A DNA stretch of 45,282 nucleotides from an uncultured Desulfobacterales bacterium (lineage in GTDB: Bacteria > Desulfobacterota > DSM-4660 > Desulfatiglandales > HGW-15): assembly GCA_964475045.1 (NCBI GenBank), contig CAYYVD010000002.1, forward strand, positions 1 to 45,282, written 5' to 3'. Shown one piece after another: positions 43,480 through 45,282 of this stretch. A model generated the notes under the pieces. The model ran no database searches, was not told the origin of the DNA, and saw only the letters and a list, made by a program, of their open reading frames with translations. The translations under genes and the position numbers were made by a program. Each line of letters opens with the position of its first letter. Positions within the stretch are counted from its first letter, which is position 1.

Positions 43480-43923
43480 ATGGCACTTCCAACCAAACGA
43501 GGACCCAGGCCCTGGTGGATGACTCCCTTCGGGCGCGAACCCATGGGGGATGTCTTTTTTGATCGTCTCTGGCCGGAGTGGCAGCGGGATATGGGAGAGG
43601 AATGGAGCCCGGCCATGAACTTCTACGAAAAGGACAACCAGTATGTCCTGAAGGCCGAGCTTCCCGGCATGAACAAGGACGACATCCAGGTCACGGTGGA
43701 TCAGGGCGTGGTCACGGTGACCGGAAGACGGGAGTCCGAAAAGGAGGAGGAGGACGCCAACTACTATCTCAAGGAAAGCGCCTACGGATCCTTTTCCCGA
43801 AGCTTTCGCCTCCCCGGCGAGGTGGAGGAAGACAAGGTGGAGGCCACCTTCAAAGACGGCGTGCTGACCCTGGTCATGCCCCACAAGAAGGAGGCCGGAT
43901 CCAGAAAGATCTCCATCAAGTAG
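43480..43923 (+). CDS. Hsp20/alpha-crystallin-family small heat-shock protein
   Basis: The ATG at 43480 follows AAGGAGG. Alpha-crystallin domain: PAMNFYEKDNQYVLKAELPGMNKDDIQVTV..GVVTVTG.R......YGSFSRSFRLPGEVEEDKVEATFKDGVLTLVMPK. Confidence 0.9.
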   Translation: MALPTKRGPRPWWMTPFGREPMGDVFFDRLWPEWQRDMGEEWSPAMNFYEKDNQYVLKAELPGMNKDDIQVTVDQGVVTVTGRRESEKEEEDANYYLKESAYGSFSRSFRLPGEVEEDKVEATFKDGVLTLVMPHKKEAGSRKISIK

Positions 43924-43939
43924 CGGCGCACGCCAGGAT

Positions 43940-43980
43940 GACGGCCGTACCCGGTCGTTCGAGTGCGGCCGTCCATTTTG
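43940..43980 (+). terminator. Rho-independent terminator candidate after hsp20
   Basis: gacggccgtac (43940-43950) pairs with gtgcggccgtc (43963-43973). The stem is 11 bp including one G-U pair, with a 12-nt loop. It is followed by cattttg. Confidence 0.45.
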
Positions 43981-44017
43981 TCCGTTTCCCCGGGCTTCCG
44001 TCACCTCGGCGGAAACG

Positions 44018-44428
44018 TCAAACCGTGCCGTCGGCCAGGGTCTTGAACACGTAGAGGGTGGCCCGCATGACGTCCCGCTCCGTGATGATGCCCCGAATTC
44101 CCCCGTCCAGGGTCACCAGCAGTCTCCGGACCTTCTTCCCGGCCATCTGATCGGCTGCCTGGCCGATGGCCGCATGCCCCTCGATGGTGATCAGCGGGCT
44201 GCTCATCACCTCCTCGACCCGGGCCGTGGCGCAGCTCGAGTCGAAGCAGAACTTCTTGAGCACGTCCCGTTCCGTGAGGATGCCCGCCATCTCCCCTTCC
44301 CGCGTCGCCACCACCGAGCCGATGTCCTTCTCCACCATGAGGCGCATGGCATCGCTCAGGGAAGCCTGGACGTCGATGGTCACGAGGTTTTCGGACATGA
44401 TGTTCTCCACTGCGTAGGTCACTGCCAT
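44018..44428 (-). CDS. CBS-pair domain protein
   Basis: Two CBS motifs: IMSENLVTIDVQASLSDAMRLMVEKDIGSVVA....GILTERDVL and VMSSPLITIEGHAAIGQAADQMAGKKVRRLLV....GIITERDVM. The ATG at 44428 lies 6 nt after AAGGAGG. Confidence 0.8.
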   Translation of the reverse strand: MAVTYAVENIMSENLVTIDVQASLSDAMRLMVEKDIGSVVATREGEMAGILTERDVLKKFCFDSSCATARVEEVMSSPLITIEGHAAIGQAADQMAGKKVRRLLVTLDGGIRGIITERDVMRATLYVFKTLADGTV

Positions 44429-44454
44429 CTTCATCCTCCTTCGCATCCTTGGGG

Positions 44455-44855
44455 TCAATTGGGGTCACATCTTGATTTGTGAATTGACGGCTTCGTATTT
44501 CTCTTTGAGGTCCCCCCCACACGAAGCTGTGTCTTCATGCGCTTCACGATGTGGCTGACCGTGGTGTAGGTGATGTTGAACCACTGTCCGATCTCCTCGT
44601 TCGTGTATCCGCCCGTTTTCCAGAGGAGATAAACCAGCAAATCCCGGTCGTCCTTTTCAGGACCGTACATCCTACGGCCTTCTGTGAAGGAATCCAAGCG
44701 ACAGCCCAGTCGATTCGAGGCCTCTCTCAAGGATTCCGCCACATCCTTGCTCCCCCGCAAGCCGCGTTGATACGGCACTTGTCTCTTTTCTCATTTCCAC
44801 GCGCGAGAACGTGATACAAAGCGCCTTCGAACTCGATCCTCCATGGCCTGGCCAT
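44455..44855 (-). pseudogene. Remnant of an IS200/IS605-like Y1-transposase (RayT-like) gene that carries a DnaA_C-type HTH
   Basis: An intact RBS (GGGAGG) and the ATG at 44855 encode MARPWRIEFEGALYHVLARGNEKRD, a typical Y1_Tnp N-terminus. Homology then breaks near 44780. A different frame (ORF 44455..44778) carries LLVYLLWKTGGYTNEEIGQWFNITYTTVSHIVKRMKTQL, a DnaA domain-IV-like HTH. The HUH and catalytic Tyr regions are absent. Confidence 0.6.
44461..44486 (+). repeat. Left 26-bp inverted repeat
   Basis: GGGGTCACATCTTGATTTGTGAATTG. It is preceded by a second GGGGTCA at 44451-44457. Confidence 0.8.
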
Positions 44856-44904
44856 CTGCTGAGCCTCCCTGTCCACACACAATGAACAGAAGGCTAGCGG
44901 ATCG

Positions 44905-44930
44905 CAATTCACAATTCAAGATGTGACCCC
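44905..44930 (-). repeat. Right 26-bp inverted repeat
   Basis: The reverse complement is GGGGTCACATCTTGAATTGTGAATTG, matching the left copy at 25 of 26 positions. A second GGGGTCA (reverse complement) lies at 44937-44943. Confidence 0.8.
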
Positions 44931-44944
44931 ACTAGATGACCCCA

Positions 44945-45282
44945 CTAGAAGGCCTGGCCGATGCTGACGTAGAACTGGAAGGCGTCGTCCACGGCGTCTC
45001 TTCGATCCAGGGGGACCGCCACATCCAGTCGAAGCGGGCCGAGAAAGGTGAAGTAGCGCACCCCCAGGCCCGCGCCCCAGAGCATGGCCCCCCCCGATCC
45101 GGGAAGCGCTTCCTCGAAAGCCCGCCCGCCGTCCACGAAGGCCACGAAACCCAGCGAGGAGGTCACCCGCATCCTGAGCTCGCCCGAGACCTCGAGCAGG
45201 GAACGACCGCCCAGAGGCTCGGTGCCGTGCAGGGCGCCCGCGCTCTGAAAGGGCAGCCCCCGTACGGATCCTCCCCCTCCCG
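44945..45282 (-). CDS. Omp85-family outer-membrane protein C-terminus (TamA/BamA-like); 5' end lies outside the window
   Basis: The frame is open to the window edge. The translation reads ..GGGGSVRGLPFQSAGALHG...SGELRMRV..LGFVAFVDGGRAF....GAGLGVRYFTFLGPLRLDVAVPL......FQFYVSIGQAF-stop, a typical Omp85 barrel end with a terminal Phe. Confidence 0.75.
   Translation of the reverse strand, partial: GGGGSVRGLPFQSAGALHGTEPLGGRSLLEVSGELRMRVTSSLGFVAFVDGGRAFEEALPGSGGAMLWGAGLGVRYFTFLGPLRLDVAVPLDRRDAVDDAFQFYVSIGQAF

Larger units (their letters stand above)
44461..44930. mobile_element. ~470-bp inverted-repeat-bounded unit enclosing the transposase remnant
   Basis: The 26-bp terminal inverted repeats listed separately bracket exactly the remnant gene, its RBS and its start. 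The unit lies between the CBS gene start (44428) and the tamA-family stop (44945). Confidence 0.5.

Noticed and set aside
1-45282. CRISPR arrays, rRNA genes, and prophage or integrase genes.
   Set aside because: I saw no regularly spaced direct repeats, no rRNA-like conserved stretches, and no integrase, recombinase, capsid or terminase-like ORFs on either strand. The only mobile-element trace is the decayed unit at 44461-44930.

Overview
This is a 45,282-nt window from a high-GC bacterial chromosome. Gene content and order suggest a Desulfobacterota/Deltaproteobacteria-like organism, but that is inference only. I call 38 intact-looking protein genes (two cut by the window edges) and 4 gene remnants. 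I saw no rRNA, tRNA or CRISPR array.

Most of the window is housekeeping:
- ychF and argC
- tatD-maf
- a minus-strand block of DUF4416-yicC-remA-gmk-rlmB
- a heptose kinase, ddl, and LOG-family and PfkB-family genes
- tamB and the 3' end of a tamA/bamA-family gene
- a split ADP-forming acyl-CoA synthetase, hsp20 and a CBS protein

Four things stand out:
1. At 3.75-7.7 kb, two tandem secreted DUF1566 proteins are the best candidate for something undescribed. The second has eight modules: DUF1566, PKD, PPC, papain-like Cys peptidase, CarboxypepD_reg, 3x Flg_new and dockerin. Individual domains sit in low-GC, atypical-codon DNA embedded in GC-rich DNA.
2. Between 17 and 36 kb there is a dense ion-homeostasis neighbourhood: trkAH, tandem USP, ktrBA, a CASTOR/POLLUX-like channel, a CaCA antiporter and an MscS-family channel.
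3. Four genes have lost their middles but keep recognisable N- and/or C-terminal pieces: a class III cyclase, an ABC ATPase, an RCK-USP protein and a Y1-transposase/DnaA_C-HTH gene.
4. The transposase remnant is bracketed by 26-bp inverted repeats. It lies in a 3.8-kb block that separates tamA from tamB.

All homology calls come from motif recognition by eye, with no searches run. Small-motif coordinates were hand-counted and may be off by about 1 nt. Many long ORFs in the supplied track are antisense or out-of-frame shadows typical of high-GC DNA and were not called.
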